A stretch of DNA of 64,000 nt from Chthoniobacteraceae bacterium (GCA_044221185.1 JBGAPP010000017.1:4018-68017), one strand, 5' to 3'; numbered from the stretch's first letter, positions 15,813 through 24,796 are shown. Notes: generated from the sequence alone by a model not told the origin. A program made the numbers and translations.

Positions 15813-18800
15813 ATGGTGGACTGGATCATCCGCTGGTGCTTGCGCAACGCCTTCCTCGTGATCCTCGCCGTCGCGGCGCTGCTCGCGGGCGGCTACTACG
15901 CGCTCACGCGCACGCCGGTGGATGCGATCCCGGACGTCGGCGAGAAGCAGGTCATCGTCTTTGCCGACTGGCCGGGCCGCTCGCCGCAGGACGTGGACAA
16001 CCAGGTCACGTATCCGCTCACCACGAGCCTCACTGGGACACCGGGCGTGAAGACGATTCGCAGCATGTCCGGCTTCGGATTCGCAATGGTCTTCGTCATT
16101 TTCAAAGACGAGGTGGACTACTACTGGGCGCGTTCGCGTGTCATCGAACGGATGAACGTGGCGCAGCAGCGCCTGCCCGCCGGAGTCATGCCCGTCATCG
16201 GCCCGGATGCCACCGCGCTCGGACAGGTCTTTTGGTGGACGGTCGAAGGGGAAGGCTTCGACCTAGCGGAGCTGCGCAGCATCCAAGACTGGTATCTGCG
16301 CTATCAGCTCAACGCCGTCGAAGGGGTGAGCGAAGTCGCGAGCATCGGCGGCTTCGTGAAGCAATATCAGATCGACGTTCACCCCGACAAATTGCGCGCG
16401 CATCGCGTCTCGCTCTTCGATGTCTATGAGGCCGTGCGGAAGTCGAACATCGACGTTGGCGCCAAGGTGCTGGAGAAAAATGGCGTCGAGTTCTTCATCC
16501 GCGGCGTCGGATTCATCAAGGCGGTCGAGGACATCGAGAAGGTCGTCATCCGCGAGGAGAAAGGGACGCCGATCCAGGTGCGCAACATCGCCACGGTGAC
16601 CATCGGCCCGGACTTCCGCCGCGGCGCGCTGGACAAGGCGGGCGTCGAAGCCGTGGGCGGCGTGGCGCTGATGCGTTACGGCGAGAATCCGCTGCATGTC
16701 GTCGAGCGCGTGAAGGCGAAGATCAAACAACTCGAAGCGGGCCTGCCGCGGAAGACGCTCGCCGACGGCCGCATCTCGAAGGTCCGCATCGTGCCGTTCT
16801 ACGACCGCACGGACATCGTGCATGAGACCATCGACACGCTGAAGGAAGCGCTCAGCGAGGAGGCGCTCATGGCCAGCGCGGTGATCCTCATTTTCCTGCT
16901 GCACCTGCGCAGCACGATGTCGGTGCTCGTCACGCTGCCGCTCTCGGTCTGCCTCTGCTTCATCCTCATGTATGCGTTCGGCGTGGACTCGAACATCATG
17001 TCGCTCGCGGGCCTCGCCATCGCCATCGGCGACGTGGGGGACATGGGGATCATCATGACGGAAAACATCTACCGTCACATCGCCAGCGCCGATCCGAGGA
17101 AGTCGCACTTCCAGCGCGTGTTCGACGGCGCGCGCGAAGTCGGCGGCGCCATCGTCACGGCGGTCTCGAACACGCTCGTCTCGTTCATCCCGGTGTTCTT
17201 CCTCACCGACCAGGAAGGGAAGTTGTTCCGCCCGCTCGCGTTCACGAAGACCTTCGCAATCGGCGCGAGCGTCATCCTCGCGCTGACGGTCGTGCCGCTC
17301 GTCTGCTATTACCTTTTCCGTCCGGTGAAATGGTCGCGTCGCACGGTCTGGATGATCGCTGGCGGTCTCGGATTCATCAGCATCTTCGCGTCGCACACGG
17401 TCTTCATGCGGGCGCTCACCGGCTCACATTACAGCGGCTGGCCGATGAGCATCGTGGTCGGCGTCATCGTCGCGCTCGCGTTCGTGCGGATGACGCGCGA
17501 GCGATTCCTGCCGCTGGAGGAAAATCCCGTCTCCCGCGGCATCGCGCGCGTTTACACGCCGGTGCTGAAGTGGATTCTGGATCACAAAAAGACCTTCCTC
17601 CTCGCGCCGCTCATGATCCTCTTTCTCGGCGTGAGCATCTGGCTCGGCATTCACACGACGCTGCGCCCCGTCGAGTGGCTCGCCAATCTCGGCGCACCCG
17701 CCGACCAGCCACGGCTGCAACTCGACAAACTCGAATGGCGCGGCAAACGCATCCTGCCCGGCATCGGTCGCGAGTTCATCCCGCCGCTCGACGAAGGCTC
17801 ATTCCTCTACATGCCTTCGCTGCTGCCGCAGGCGGGTCTCGGTCCCGCGGTGCAGGTGAACAGCATCCAGGACCGGGCCATCGCGTCGGTGCCCGAAGTC
17901 GAGAGCGTCGTCGGCAAACTCGGCCGCGCCGAGAGCGCGCTCGATCCCGCGCCCATCGGCATGATGGAGAGCATCATCATCCTCAAGCCGGAGAACGAGT
18001 GGCGTCATCTGCCGGTGCGGCGCTGGTTCTCGGATTGGCCCGGCTGGATCAGAAAGCCACTCGCGTTTTTCGCGCCGGAACATCGCCAGATTACGAAGGG
18101 CGAAATCCTGACCGAGTTGCAGGAGAAGACCGCGATCCCCGGCGTGCTGCCGACGTTTCTCCAGCCGATTCAGACGCGCCTCGTCATGCTCCAGACCGGC
18201 TTCCGCGCGATGATGGGCGTGAAGATTTACGGCGGAGACTTGAAAGAGATCGAGCGCATCGGCCTGCAAATCGAGGCGCTGCTCAAAGAAGTGCCCGGCG
18301 CGACCGACATCGTCGCCGACCGCATCGTCGGGAAACCGTATCTCGAGTTCGAGATCGATCGCGACCGCATCGCGCGTTACGGCGTGAACATCCGCGACGT
18401 GCAGGACGTGATCGAGATCGCCATCGGCGGCATGAACATCATGGAGTCCGTCGAAGGCCGCGAACGCTACCCGATTCGCGTGCGCTACCTGCGCGAGTTT
18501 CGCGAGGACATTCCCGAGCTGGAAAAAATCCTCCTGCCCACGAGCAGCGGCGCGCAGGTGCCGCTCGCGCAGGTGCTCACCATCAAGAGCGTGCTCGGCC
18601 CACAGGAGATCAAAGGCGAGCGCGGCCTGCTCGTCGGCTACGTGACGATGAACACGCGCGACCGCGACGAAGTGAGCGTGGTCGAAGACGCCGAGCGCCT
18701 GCTGCAAGCCGCGCTCAAGGACGGTCGGCTCAAAGTTCCCGCCGGCTACTATTGGGAATGGAGCGGCCAGTTCGAGAACCAGGTGCGCGCGACGAAGCGG

Positions 18801-19343
18801 ATGCAAATCCTCATCCCGGTCTGTCTCGCGATCATGTTCGTCATGCTCTACCTCGGCTTCGAGCGCTGGTGGATCGCGCCGGTCATCTACTTCAGCATCC
18901 TCGTCGCCGCGGCCGGCGGCTTCATCATGCTCGCGCTGTGGGGCGCGAATCTCTCCATCGCCGTGTGGGTCGGCTTCCTCGTGCTCTTCGGCGTGGTCGA
19001 TGACGACGGCGTGGTCATGTCCACGTATCTCGAAGGGCTCTTCGACAAGCGCACCTTCAGCTCCATCGCAGAGATCCGCGCGACCGTCGTGGAAGCCGGC
19101 CTCAAGCGCGTCCGCCCCGGCCTGATGACCATCTCCACGACCATCTTCGGCCTGCTGCCGATCTTCTGGGCCACTGGTCGCGGCAGCGACATCATGCAGC
19201 CGATGGCCATCCCGAGCGTCGGCGGCATGATCGTCAGCGTCCTCGTCACCATCTACATCGCCCCGTGCCTTTTCTGCGCGGTCGAGGAATGGAAATGGAA
19301 ACGCGCCCGGCGAATCGGCGCCGCACCGGAGCCTTCGGCATGA
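15813..19343 (+). CDS. cusA: Heavy-metal efflux RND permease, CusA-like (Met triad present; 1176 aa with insertions)
   Basis: CusA/CzcA family along its full length (...GEKQVIVFADWPGRSPQDV..., ...GFVKQYQIDV..., ...AIGDVGDMGIIMTENI...). LYM(667)PS, GM(717)ME and VM(792)LQ line up with my recollection of E. coli CusA M573/M623/M672. Confidence 0.9.
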   Translation: MVDWIIRWCLRNAFLVILAVAALLAGGYYALTRTPVDAIPDVGEKQVIVFADWPGRSPQDVDNQVTYPLTTSLTGTPGVKTIRSMSGFGFAMVFVIFKDEVDYYWARSRVIERMNVAQQRLPAGVMPVIGPDATALGQVFWWTVEGEGFDLAELRSIQDWYLRYQLNAVEGVSEVASIGGFVKQYQIDVHPDKLRAHRVSLFDVYEAVRKSNIDVGAKVLEKNGVEFFIRGVGFIKAVEDIEKVVIREEKGTPIQVRNIATVTIGPDFRRGALDKAGVEAVGGVALMRYGENPLHVVERVKAKIKQLEAGLPRKTLADGRISKVRIVPFYDRTDIVHETIDTLKEALSEEALMASAVILIFLLHLRSTMSVLVTLPLSVCLCFILMYAFGVDSNIMSLAGLAIAIGDVGDMGIIMTENIYRHIASADPRKSHFQRVFDGAREVGGAIVTAVSNTLVSFIPVFFLTDQEGKLFRPLAFTKTFAIGASVILALTVVPLVCYYLFRPVKWSRRTVWMIAGGLGFISIFASHTVFMRALTGSHYSGWPMSIVVGVIVALAFVRMTRERFLPLEENPVSRGIARVYTPVLKWILDHKKTFLLAPLMILFLGVSIWLGIHTTLRPVEWLANLGAPADQPRLQLDKLEWRGKRILPGIGREFIPPLDEGSFLYMPSLLPQAGLGPAVQVNSIQDRAIASVPEVESVVGKLGRAESALDPAPIGMMESIIILKPENEWRHLPVRRWFSDWPGWIRKPLAFFAPEHRQITKGEILTELQEKTAIPGVLPTFLQPIQTRLVMLQTGFRAMMGVKIYGGDLKEIERIGLQIEALLKEVPGATDIVADRIVGKPYLEFEIDRDRIARYGVNIRDVQDVIEIAIGGMNIMESVEGRERYPIRVRYLREFREDIPELEKILLPTSSGAQVPLAQVLTIKSVLGPQEIKGERGLLVGYVTMNTRDRDEVSVVEDAERLLQAALKDGRLKVPAGYYWEWSGQFENQVRATKRMQILIPVCLAIMFVMLYLGFERWWIAPVIYFSILVAAAGGFIMLALWGANLSIAVWVGFLVLFGVVDDDGVVMSTYLEGLFDKRTFSSIAEIRATVVEAGLKRVRPGLMTISTTIFGLLPIFWATGRGSDIMQPMAIPSVGGMIVSVLVTIYIAPCLFCAVEEWKWKRARRIGAAPEPSA

Positions 19344-19999
19344 AAGCCACACGATCATGTCCCGATTGCTGCCGTATCGTGCTCACGGGCGGTCCCGGCG
19401 GCGGCAAGACGACCGCCGCCGACTTATTCCGGCGCGAGATTGGCGAGCGCGTCGTCATCGTGCCGGAAGCCGCCACGATCCTTTTCCAAGGCGGTTTCCC
19501 GCGCTCTGCCTCGCCGCAAGCCGCGCGCTGCGCACAGACCAGCATCTTCCACGTTCAGCGAAATCTCGAAGACGTGCAGGCCGCGCTCTATCCGGGCCGC
19601 ACGCTGCTCTGCGACCGCGGCACGGTGGATGGCGCGGCATACTGGCCGGGCGAACCACACCATTATTTCAAGGCGGTGGGAACGACGCAGGAGGCGCAAC
19701 TGCGCCGCTACGATGCCGTCATCTTTTTTGAAACGGCCGCAGTCGGCGGTCTCGGAATCGAAGGCGGAAATCCGGTGCGGAACGAATCGCTCGAACAAGC
19801 CGTCGCTCTCGACCACAAGCTGCGAAGGCTGTGGGCAGGTCACCCGCGCTTCATTCTCGTTCCGCACAACGCCTCGTTCTTCAAAAAGATCAGCTTCGGG
19901 CTCGCGGCGTTGGAGAGCATCGTCACGCAGCTCGCGTGCGACGCGCGCTGCGCTCCCACGGCGCGAACACGCAAGGCGGCACAGAAAGGAGCGGTCTGA
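19340..19999 (+). CDS. P-loop NTPase (AAA_28/NadR-like ATPase family)
   Basis: Internal ATG of ORF 19265..19999: MKATRSCPDCCRIVLTGGPGGGKTT (Walker A) ...LLCDRG... ATGA overlap with the cusA stop and TGATG overlap with the next gene. Confidence 0.7.
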   Translation: MKATRSCPDCCRIVLTGGPGGGKTTAADLFRREIGERVVIVPEAATILFQGGFPRSASPQAARCAQTSIFHVQRNLEDVQAALYPGRTLLCDRGTVDGAAYWPGEPHHYFKAVGTTQEAQLRRYDAVIFFETAAVGGLGIEGGNPVRNESLEQAVALDHKLRRLWAGHPRFILVPHNASFFKKISFGLAALESIVTQLACDARCAPTARTRKAAQKGAV

Positions 20000-22719
20000 T
20001 GGATTCGGCCGTCGCGCTCCCCTGGCACCAGCGCACCGCAGATGAGGTGCTCGCAAAGCTCGGCGCAAATTCCGCGGGACTATCCGCCGCTGACGCCGCG
20101 CGCCGCCTGGCGGAGCATGGCCGCAACGAACTCGCCGAAGGCAAGGCGATCAGCCCGTGGACGATCTTTCTCGGGCAGTTCAAGAACCTCATCGTCTGGA
20201 TTCTCATCGTCGCGGGCGTCATCAGCGGCCTGCTCGGCGAGGGCGCTGATGCCATCGCGATCCTCGCCATCGTCGTGCTCAATGCGGTGATCGGATTCTA
20301 TCAGGAATTCAGCGCGGAGAAGTCCATCGCGGCGCTGCGCAGGATGGCTGCGCCGCGCGCGAAGGTGCTGCGCGATGGCAGCGTGACGACCGTGCCTGCC
20401 GCAGAAGTGGTGCCGGGCGACATCCTCGAACTCGAAGCCGGCGACCTTGTGGCGGCGGATGCGCGTGTGCTCGACGCAGCGTCGCTGCGGTGCGTGGAGT
20501 CCGCGCTGACCGGTGAATCCGAAGCCGTGAACAAACGCGCCGGCACGCTCGATCGTCCGGACGTGCCGCTTGGCGATCGCGAAAACATGGTCTTCATGGG
20601 GACGAGCGTGGCCGCGGGACAGGGGCGCGCCGTCATCGTGGGCACCGCGATGAACACGGAGATCGGCCACATCGCGGGCTTGATCCAGGAGGCGGGTGCG
20701 GAGGACGGCACACCGCTCCAGCAGAAGCTCGAAGCGTTCGGGCGCATCCTGGTGTGGGCGTCGTTGGGCATCGTCGCGTTGCTCTTCGTCCTCGGGCTCG
20801 CACGCGGGATGAAATTCTTCGAGCTGTTCATGACATCGGTGAGCCTTGCTGTCGCGGCGGTGCCGGAAGGCTTGCCCGCAGTCGTCACGGTTTCTCTCGC
20901 GCTCGGTGTGCTGCGCATGTCGCGCCGGCGCGCGCTGGTGCGGCGGCTGCCATCGGTCGAAACGCTCGGCTCCACGAGCGTGATCTGCACGGACAAGACG
21001 GGCACGCTCACCGTCGGCGAGATGACTGTGCGCGAACTCTACGCCGCCGGGCGCACCTTTGAAGTCACCGGCGAAGGCTACGGGCCGCAGGGCGAGGTGA
21101 TGTTTGCGGGCAAGGCCAGCGACACTTCGCACGCGGGGCCGCTGCTGGAACTCGCGAACGTGCTCGTCGGCTGCAACAACTCGCACCTCGTCCTCGAAGA
21201 CGGCACCTGGAAGGTCGTCGGCGATCCCACGGAAGGCGCGATGCTTGCCGCCGGACAGAAGGCCGGCGGCGACAAGCAGCGCCTCGACGCTGAGCATCCG
21301 AAGCATCACGAAATCCCGTTCGATTCCGACCGGAAGCGCCGCACGGTCGTCCGCGTGCGGCCCGATGGAACGCTGCGCGCGCTCATCAACGGAGCGCCGG
21401 ACGAGCTGCTTCGGCTCTGCACGCACATCTACACCGACGCCGGTGTGCGGCCGCTCACCGACGAAGATCGCCGCCAGATCGCGGAGCAAAACGCCCGCAT
21501 GGCGGGCCGCTCGCTCCGCGTGCTCGGCTCGACATTCCGCGACCTCGGCCCCTGCGCCCCGGCGCAACTCACGGCGGAGAGCGTCGAGCGCGATCTCGTC
21601 TTCGTCGGCCTCACCGGAATGTATGACCCGCCGCGCGCGGAGGCGAAGGTCGCCGTCGCGAAGTGCCACGCCGCCGGCATCCGCGTGGTGATGATCACCG
21701 GCGACCATCCGCACACCGCGCTCGCCATCGGCCGCGAACTGGGCATCGCGACCGCGGACAGCGTGGCGCTTTCCGGCCTCGAACTCGACAAGCTCGATGA
21801 CACCGACCTCGCCGCACGCACCTCACGAGTGGCCGTCTATGCGCGCGTCACCGCCGCGCACAAGCTGCGCATCGTCCGCGCGTGGAAGGCCGCGGGCGCA
21901 GTGGTCGCGATGACCGGCGACGGCGTGAACGATGCGCCCGCGATCAAAGGCGCGGACATCGGCATCGCGATGGGACGCAGCGGCACCGAGGTGACCAAGC
22001 AGGCATCCGACATGATCATCACGGACGACAATTTCGCCAGCATCGTCGCCGCTGTGGAACAGGGCCGCGGCATCTACGACAACATTCGCAAGACGCTGCA
22101 ATACCTCCTCGCCGGCAATGCCGGCGAATTGTTACTGATGACCCTATGCGTCGTCGTCGGGCTTCCCACGCCGCTCCTGCCAATCCATCTCCTCTGGATT
22201 AACCTCGTCACCGACGGTCTGCCCGCCCTCTGCCTGGCTACCGACCCGATTGACCCGGACGTGATGAAACAGCGCCCGCGAGCCCGCAATGAGCGCATCA
22301 CCGACGGCCGCTTTCTTCGAACGATGATCCTCACCGGGATCCTCACAGCCAGCGTTTCATTTGCCGTGTATGTCTATGGACTCCGCAGCGAGACGCCTGA
22401 ACTGGCACGCACGCACGCCTTCGCCGCACTCGTTTTCGCCGAGTTACTTCGTTCCTTTGGAGCCCGGAGCGAGACACGTCCGCTTTGGGGGATGAATTTT
22501 TTTTCCAACTTCAATCTCCTTCTCGTCGTTGCGGTGTCTTTCGCAATCCAAGTCTGGAGCCATCATAGCGAGGTTCTCGCACGGTTCCTGAAAACTGCAT
22601 CGGTTCCAATCGCCGATTGCCTGATGCTGTTGGCCGTCTCTACGGTGCCACTGTTCGTATTGGAGGCGTATAAGGTTGTTGAAAGGCGCAAACTTCGAAA
22701 GCGAGAGTCTGATTTGTGA
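19999..22719 (+). CDS. Cation-transporting P-type ATPase, P2-like (PEGL motif)
   Basis: Internal ATG of ORF 19831..22719. TGES, AVAAVPEGLP (TM4), ICTDKTGTLT (phosphorylation site), MITGDH, MTGDGVNDAPAIKGADIGIAMG. There is no CPC/CPH motif and no N-terminal CxxC heavy-metal domain. Confidence 0.9.
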   Translation: MDSAVALPWHQRTADEVLAKLGANSAGLSAADAARRLAEHGRNELAEGKAISPWTIFLGQFKNLIVWILIVAGVISGLLGEGADAIAILAIVVLNAVIGFYQEFSAEKSIAALRRMAAPRAKVLRDGSVTTVPAAEVVPGDILELEAGDLVAADARVLDAASLRCVESALTGESEAVNKRAGTLDRPDVPLGDRENMVFMGTSVAAGQGRAVIVGTAMNTEIGHIAGLIQEAGAEDGTPLQQKLEAFGRILVWASLGIVALLFVLGLARGMKFFELFMTSVSLAVAAVPEGLPAVVTVSLALGVLRMSRRRALVRRLPSVETLGSTSVICTDKTGTLTVGEMTVRELYAAGRTFEVTGEGYGPQGEVMFAGKASDTSHAGPLLELANVLVGCNNSHLVLEDGTWKVVGDPTEGAMLAAGQKAGGDKQRLDAEHPKHHEIPFDSDRKRRTVVRVRPDGTLRALINGAPDELLRLCTHIYTDAGVRPLTDEDRRQIAEQNARMAGRSLRVLGSTFRDLGPCAPAQLTAESVERDLVFVGLTGMYDPPRAEAKVAVAKCHAAGIRVVMITGDHPHTALAIGRELGIATADSVALSGLELDKLDDTDLAARTSRVAVYARVTAAHKLRIVRAWKAAGAVVAMTGDGVNDAPAIKGADIGIAMGRSGTEVTKQASDMIITDDNFASIVAAVEQGRGIYDNIRKTLQYLLAGNAGELLLMTLCVVVGLPTPLLPIHLLWINLVTDGLPALCLATDPIDPDVMKQRPRARNERITDGRFLRTMILTGILTASVSFAVYVYGLRSETPELARTHAFAALVFAELLRSFGARSETRPLWGMNFFSNFNLLLVVAVSFAIQVWSHHSEVLARFLKTASVPIADCLMLLAVSTVPLFVLEAYKVVERRKLRKRESDL

Positions 22720-22887
22720 TTTTTCGCCGGGCGGCTCGAAGTTTCCGGTTAAGCCGCGCGATTGGTGCCGCTGCCAAATCCCCAGCCAAAAGAACCGGTT
22801 ATGACAGCGCTGCATCGTCTGCACGCAGTCAGTCCGAGAAGGCGACGCGCTGGGCCGCCGCTCCGTCCGTGGGGGTCGGGCCGGGAA

Positions 22888-22924
22888 TTTTCAAAAAAAT
22901 GCAGAAAGTCTGTAACGATTTGCC
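22888..22924 (+). promoter_or_regulatory. AT-rich promoter-like tract related to the shared upstream element (copy E, weak)
   Basis: ttttcaaaaaaatgcagaaagtctgtaacgatttgcc in otherwise GC-rich DNA, about 120 nt upstream of the 23044 start. Confidence 0.25.
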
Positions 22925-23043
22925 TTGGGAAACGTATCGGGGGTGGACACCTGCCCCCCAGCAAACCGATGAGTGCTCCGGCGCTTGTGTGCGGCGGGGT
23001 GTTTGCGGATGGGAGGGTGCGGGGTCCGCAGAAAGGAACTCCC

Positions 23044-23601
23044 ATGAAGAACAATGATCGGAAGAAACCGGCTGCGCGGAAGGCGCGCGGCGAAGGCAGG
23101 GCGCAGGGCGCAAGCAAGGCGCAGGGCGAAGGCAGGGTGCGGACGGCGAAGATGCAGGCGGCGCGGATTCGGAAGGCCGCGGCGGCGCGCAGGACACCGA
23201 AGGCCGCGAATATCCACAGGACCCCGGAGGCGCAGCCGGACGCGCCCGAAATGCCGGCGCGCCCGATGCGGAAGGCGGGGCGCACGCCGTGGCGGCGGAA
23301 GCACAGCGTGCCGGCCGAGCGCGTGGTGGTGGTGCCGCCCGCGCTCGTCTCCGCCGTGCAGAAGGCATATGTGGATTGGCTGTGGCAGGCTTACCGGGGC
23401 CGCAAGCGCGGCCTGGAGTATCTCGGCGGGCAGATCGGCCTGTCGCGTCCCGCGCTCACGAAGGTGCTGCAGCGCCGGAACAGCGTGCGTCTGGCGACCT
23501 TTGTGAAGGCGTGCTTTCTCCAGCCGGGAACGTGCGTGCTCGTCGCGGAGGCGGGCGGCTGGCGGCTCGTCATCCAATGGTCCCTCAACAAGGCAACCTA
23601 A
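23044..23601 (+). CDS. Basic protein with a disordered K/R/A-rich N-terminus and a C-terminal HTH-like segment
   Basis: Internal ATG of ORF 22762..23601, preceded by aaagga. MKNNDRKKPAARKARGEGRAQGASKAQGEGR...; C-terminus LGGQIGLSRPALTKVLQRRNSVRLATFVKA. Confidence 0.55.
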   Translation: MKNNDRKKPAARKARGEGRAQGASKAQGEGRVRTAKMQAARIRKAAAARRTPKAANIHRTPEAQPDAPEMPARPMRKAGRTPWRRKHSVPAERVVVVPPALVSAVQKAYVDWLWQAYRGRKRGLEYLGGQIGLSRPALTKVLQRRNSVRLATFVKACFLQPGTCVLVAEAGGWRLVIQWSLNKAT

Positions 23602-23736
23602 GTTGCCTATGCACCGCCGGGCCCCGCGCTTAGACACGCGCCCGTGCCACTGCAAACGCGACCGCCTTTCATTTGGTCCCAGAGCCTCTGGGGCCAGGGC
23701 TATTGGTCGCCGGTGGTGCAGAACCAAACCAACACC

Positions 23737-24261
23737 ATGCCAGTCCAGAACATATCCGCACAGTTCACGCCGCAGGCGTTCACCGATGTCAAAGCGGACA
23801 TCGTTGCCATTGCCCCCCAGTTCCCCGCGCTGGTCACCCTCACCGATGCCGAGCGCAAGGCGCTGCCGCGCGTGGCGGCGGGGCGCGAGGCCTTCTGCGA
23901 CACCGCCTACACCGGGGCGCAGAATTTCCCCGCCGTGGTGCCGGGCTTCATCAGCGCGGTGGAATGGGGGAAGGACGAGACCTATTACACCCAGCTCGGG
24001 GAGCTGGAAATCCTCGTGGAGTCGCTGCTGGCGAAAATCCGGGACACGAAGGGCGTGTGCGGGACCGAGCGCTACCGGCAGTCGCGCAAGTTCTACGAGG
24101 CCGTGAAGTCGGCCAAGGAGGACGTGGCCGGCCTGCAGGCGCTCTATGAGGCGCTGCGGGATCAGTTCGATGGCCAGGGGGGAAGCGGGGAAGGTGACGG
24201 AGGGGGCGGGGACGGCGGCGGCGATGGAGGGGCTGGCGGCGGTGCGGGCGGGGGCAACTAG
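23737..24261 (+). CDS. Hypothetical protein with a Gly-rich C-terminal tail
   Basis: Internal ATG of ORF 23644..24261: MPVQNISAQFTPQAFTDVKADIVAIAPQFPALVTLTDAERKALPRVAAGREAF..., ending GQGGSGEGDGGGGDGGGDGGAGGGAGGGN. I recognise no family. Confidence 0.5.
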   Translation: MPVQNISAQFTPQAFTDVKADIVAIAPQFPALVTLTDAERKALPRVAAGREAFCDTAYTGAQNFPAVVPGFISAVEWGKDETYYTQLGELEILVESLLAKIRDTKGVCGTERYRQSRKFYEAVKSAKEDVAGLQALYEALRDQFDGQGGSGEGDGGGGDGGGDGGAGGGAGGGN

Positions 24262-24262
24262 C

Positions 24263-24619
24263 CGGTGAGCCGGAATGGCTGTCTGCCGCAAATGACTCGG
24301 ATGAAGCGTCTTGGATTTTTTGAAAAACGGAGCCGGTTGTCTGAAAAGATGAGCGGGTTCTGTTTTCCGGAGAACGGGTTGTCTGGAAATGACAGCCAGT
24401 TGTCTGATAGAGACAGCCAGTTGTGCCTATCAGACAACCCGTTCTCTGCGGCAGACAGCCAGTTCTGTGTTTCAGAGAACGGGCTGTGTCTTTCAGAGAA
24501 CGGGCTGTGTTGTTCAGAGAGCGGGCTGGCCGGAGCAGACAACGAGTTCTGTCATGAAGACAACTGGCTCTGTTTCTCAGAGAACCGGTTTGTTGCCAAA
24601 GACAGGACCGGAACTGGTT
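24263..24619. repeat. Tandem array of about 14 clear (up to 17) 21-bp units, each an imperfect palindrome CAGA[C/G]A[A/G]C-N2-G[T/C]T[C/G]TCTG
   Basis: Unit starts are at 24326, 24347, 24368, 24389, 24410, 24431, 24452, 24473, 24494, 24515, 24536, 24557, 24578 and 24599. Examples are cagagaacgggctgtgtcttt and cagacaacccgttctctgcgg. The 15-nt core 24371-24385 is the exact reverse complement of 24431-24445 (flanks diverge). Local GC is about 50%. Confidence 0.9.
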
Positions 24620-24666
24620 CTGAGAATAGCCCAGCACTTCAGTGCGGGGTCATCCGATGGGAGGCG

Positions 24667-24723
24667 GGCAAAGTCCCGTCAGGGACGGCAGGACCGTTCT
24701 GCCGTCCCTTGCGGGACTTTGCC
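24667..24723. other. Very stable hairpin (11 + 12 bp perfect stems, 2x2 internal loop, 7-nt loop)
   Basis: ggcaaagtcccg-tc-agggacggcag / gaccgtt / ctgccgtccct-tg-cgggactttgcc. Confidence 0.85.
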
Positions 24724-24739
24724 TGCATCGCGCCGCAAA

Positions 24740-24767
24740 CCCAGCGCTGAAGCGCTGGGCTATTTTT
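24740..24767 (+). terminator. Rho-independent terminator
   Basis: cccagcgc, loop tgaa, gcgctggg, followed by ctattttt. Confidence 0.75.
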
Positions 24768-24796
24768 CGCCATGCTTTCTCCGCACGTTGTCAACA

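Noticed and set aside
14337-19358. Long ORFs 14337..15806(-), 16263..17396(-), 17330..19003(+), 17799..19358(-)
   Set aside because: These are antisense or off-frame shadows of the cusB- and cusA-like genes. Their composition is Arg/His/Asp/Ala-rich and lacks domain signatures.
22891-24291. 466-aa minus-strand ORF
   Set aside because: It is an antisense shadow of the two plus-strand islet genes, with Arg/Pro/Ala-rich composition.
24263-24619. The repeat array as a CRISPR array
   Set aside because: The units are contiguous with a 21-bp period and no unique spacers. The repeats are degenerate, and no cas genes are present.
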